From the IMG/VR virus record IMGVR_UViG_3300009154_000049: a stretch of DNA of 20,000 bases; one strand, given 5' to 3'. Positions 18,016 through 20,000 of this stretch are shown piece by piece. This DNA comes from an uncultured virus (IMG/VR IMGVR_UViG_3300009154_000049) (Duplodnaviria > Heunggongvirae > Uroviricota > Caudoviricetes). Made by a program: the position numbers and the translations under genes. Every line of letters starts with the position of its first letter. Positions within the stretch are counted from its first letter, which is position 1. The notes under the pieces are model-generated. The model saw only the letters and a list, made by a program, of their open reading frames with translations, had not been told where the DNA came from and did not search any database.

Positions 18016-18363
18016 TTATCGCGCGTCTAGCCTTGCTCGCAGATCATCAACCTCGGTCTTGAGCTGCTTGACAGCTTCTATCAGCAGTGCTGTAAGCTTC
18101 TCGTACTGCACAGTGAGATAATGCTCACCACTGATGCTATCCAGCCCATCTGGTGTGCGATCAAAAGGAGCAGGTCGCACAGCTTCTGGTAGTACTGCCT
18201 GTATGTCCTGTGCTATCACACCAACATCGTGTTGGTAAGATGGATTGAAGCCAAGCTCGTTAGCCTTGTTTATATCCCAGTCAAACATCACGCCTCGCAG
18301 ACTCATGATCTTTGATATTGGATCGGTAATCAGCGAGATGTTTTGCTTGAGGCGTGCGTCAGA
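18016..18363 (-). other. Peptidase S74 / intramolecular chaperone auto-processing domain
   Basis: S-D-A-R-L-K motif starting at 18363; strongly similar to the domain at 2547-2906. Confidence 0.9.
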
Positions 18364-20000
18364 GCTATATGCTGTGATCTCGCCAGTGGCAGTGATGGTG
18401 CCTGCTGTGCTGTTGGCTGCGCCGGCACCAATGGCATTGAACTGCACGTTGTTAGATGTACCAACGGCCTGTCCTATGCTGATGCTGCCGCTGGTAGTGA
18501 TCGGATTAGGACTGAGCGTAACACCCGTTCCCTGCGTTATGCTAGTTACCGTGCCGCCGCTACCTGTAGCTGATATGGTGATGCTGCCCGCGCCATTAGC
18601 TATGCTCACTCCTGATCCAGGTGTGAGAACTGCCCTAGTAAAACCTGTGCCGTTACCTATGTCTAACTGGCCATTTGATGGAACGCTGCCGAGACCAGTA
18701 CCACCACTGCCCACTGGCAAGGGATTGGTCATGGTCACCACGGAGTTGCTGTTTACACGCATGGCATCTGTGCTGTTGCTGGCGAAGCCAAGCGTGTTAG
18801 CGGTTGGTATGTAGATGCCGTTAGTTGGTACAGTGCTGGCCCAGGTTAGGCTGAAGGTACCGCTTGTGGTTATGGTCTGGGAAGTGCCACCGCTCACGCT
18901 GAGGCCAGTGGTGTTGGTGTTCATGGCCACGCTGGTTACTGTACCAGCGCCAGTGCCTATGACCACACCGTTCACGTAATAATTGCCCGTGACGTTGACA
19001 TCACCGCTGACATCAACCTTGTAGGCTGGGACAGATACACCAAATCCAACCTTGCCAGAGGTGTTGAAGTAAAGGATGTCATGCGTGTCGGTACCGGTTC
19101 CTATCTCCAGAGTGGTGTATAGGCTGCTGAATCCGCCCTGATACCACTTGATCCACGCAGTACCGCTGGCACCGCTAGGCTGTTGCCATATGATGCCGTG
19201 GCTGGCATCTGAACTGCTAGTGCTGGTGCTAGGAACGATCGCTCCGCCCTGTATCATGGTGAGGTCGCCGCGCACGTTGACCTGTGCGGCAGTGCTGCCA
19301 ACACCAAGGCTCTGTGGACCTATCCTCAGCTGATCAACGCCGTTGGCAGTGAATGCCACTACGTTGCTGGCCTGCCTATACATGCCTGTGGTAAGAGCAC
19401 CCAGCCAAGAATAGCTCGGAGTGTTGATTGTGTCGCTGGCATTACCAAGATGTTGGCGTGCCACGTATACGTTGCCGCCTGCGATGAAGTTGTTGCTACC
19501 ACCAACCGTGGTAGTGGTGTATGTGCCCACGGCCACGTTAGCGCCAAGGCTGCCAGTTGGGCCATAGTAGATATCATTGGCATTTGGACTTGCTGCATAA
19601 ATCCATTGGCTGGCGCCAGTAGCACCAGTGGCTCCCGGACCAGTTGGTCCAGTGGCACCAGTGGCTCCGGTTGGACCAGTGGCACCTGTGGGTCCACCGC
19701 TGGGTCCAGTGACACCCGTGGCGCCCGTGGCACCAGTGGCACCTGTGGGACCGCTTACCGTGCTGCCTGAACCAGTGGCACCTGTGGCACCAGTTGGACC
19801 TGTCGCTCCAGTCGGCCCACTGGTCGTGCTACCTGCGCCTGTGGCACCTGTGGCACCGGTCGCTCCCGTGGGACCTGTTGAACCTGTGCTGGTTGCGGTA
19901 CCAGCAGCACCAGTGGCTCCGGTTGGACCAGTGGCACCTGTGGGTCCACCGCTGGGTCCAGTGACACCCGTGGCGCCCGTGGCACCAGTGGCACCTGTGG
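18016..20000 (-). CDS. Collagen-containing tail fibre with C-terminal Peptidase S74 chaperone (5'-truncated, at least 660 aa)
   Basis: The frame of the 506-aa ORF stays open upstream of 19536 to the window end (manually translated ...[45 protein letters not shown]...). The C-terminus is SSDARLKQN...[15 protein letters not shown]...[15 protein letters not shown]. Confidence 0.9.
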   Translation of the reverse strand, partial: TGATGATGATGVTGPSGGPTGATGPTGATGAAGTATSTGSTGPTGATGATGATGAGSTTSGPTGATGPTGATGATGSGSTVSGPTGATGATGATGVTGPSGGPTGATGPTGATGATGPTGPGATGATGASQWIYAASPNANDIYYGPTGSLGANVAVGTYTTTTVGGSNNFIAGGNVYVARQHLGNASDTINTPSYSWLGALTTGMYRQASNVVAFTANGVDQLRIGPQSLGVGSTAAQVNVRGDLTMIQGGAIVPSTSTSSSDASHGIIWQQPSGASGTAWIKWYQGGFSSLYTTLEIGTGTDTHDILYFNTSGKVGFGVSVPAYKVDVSGDVNVTGNYYVNGVVIGTGAGTVTSVAMNTNTTGLSVSGGTSQTITTSGTFSLTWASTVPTNGIYIPTANTLGFASNSTDAMRVNSNSVVTMTNPLPVGSGGTGLGSVPSNGQLDIGNGTGFTRAVLTPGSGVSIANGAGSITISATGSGGTVTSITQGTGVTLSPNPITTSGSISIGQAVGTSNNVQFNAIGAGAANSTAGTITATGEITAYSSDARLKQNISLITDPISKIMSLRGVMFDWDINKANELGFNPSYQHDVGVIAQDIQAVLPEAVRPAPFDRTPDGLDSISGEHYLTVQYEKLTALLIEAVKQLKTEVDDLRARLDAR
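19612..20000 (-). repeat. Collagen-like G-X-T block with a perfect direct repeat of at least 94 bp
   Basis: 19655-19748 is identical to 19907-20000 (offset 252 bp = 84 codons); GAT/GPT/GVT triplets. Confidence 0.92.

Noticed and set aside
19359..19994. Minus-strand ORFs 19359-19742 and 19755-19994, and the start at 19536 for the 506-aa ORF
   Set aside because: They are alternative-frame readings of the collagen repeat. The true frame is open to the window end, so 19536 is not the start.

Overview
The window is a late (virion-structural) gene cluster of a large, probably T4-like or jumbo, dsDNA bacteriophage; hand-counted background blocks are ~50-65% GC. Eight minus-strand genes (the first and last truncated by the window edges) encode Gly/Ser/Thr/Asn-rich fibre or adhesin-type proteins. 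They include a 2906-aa giant fibre, two paralogous collagen-containing fibres ending in Peptidase S74 auto-cleaving chaperone domains, a 1099-aa virion protein, a short fibre with a following chaperone-like gene, and two further small fibre-type genes. These proteins are built from a shared kit of modules (GNVGIGT, F-x-DG-[ST], G-X-T collagen, 17/22-aa SN repeats, T7-anchor-like domains). TAAATA late-promoter-like cores precede three genes. One plus-strand hypothetical gene with its own sigma70-type promoter interrupts the cluster. The most striking anomaly is an in-frame, low-GC (~35%) C-terminal domain in the 263-aa gene, a candidate swapped or diversified receptor-binding cassette. All calls are by eye, with no database searches.
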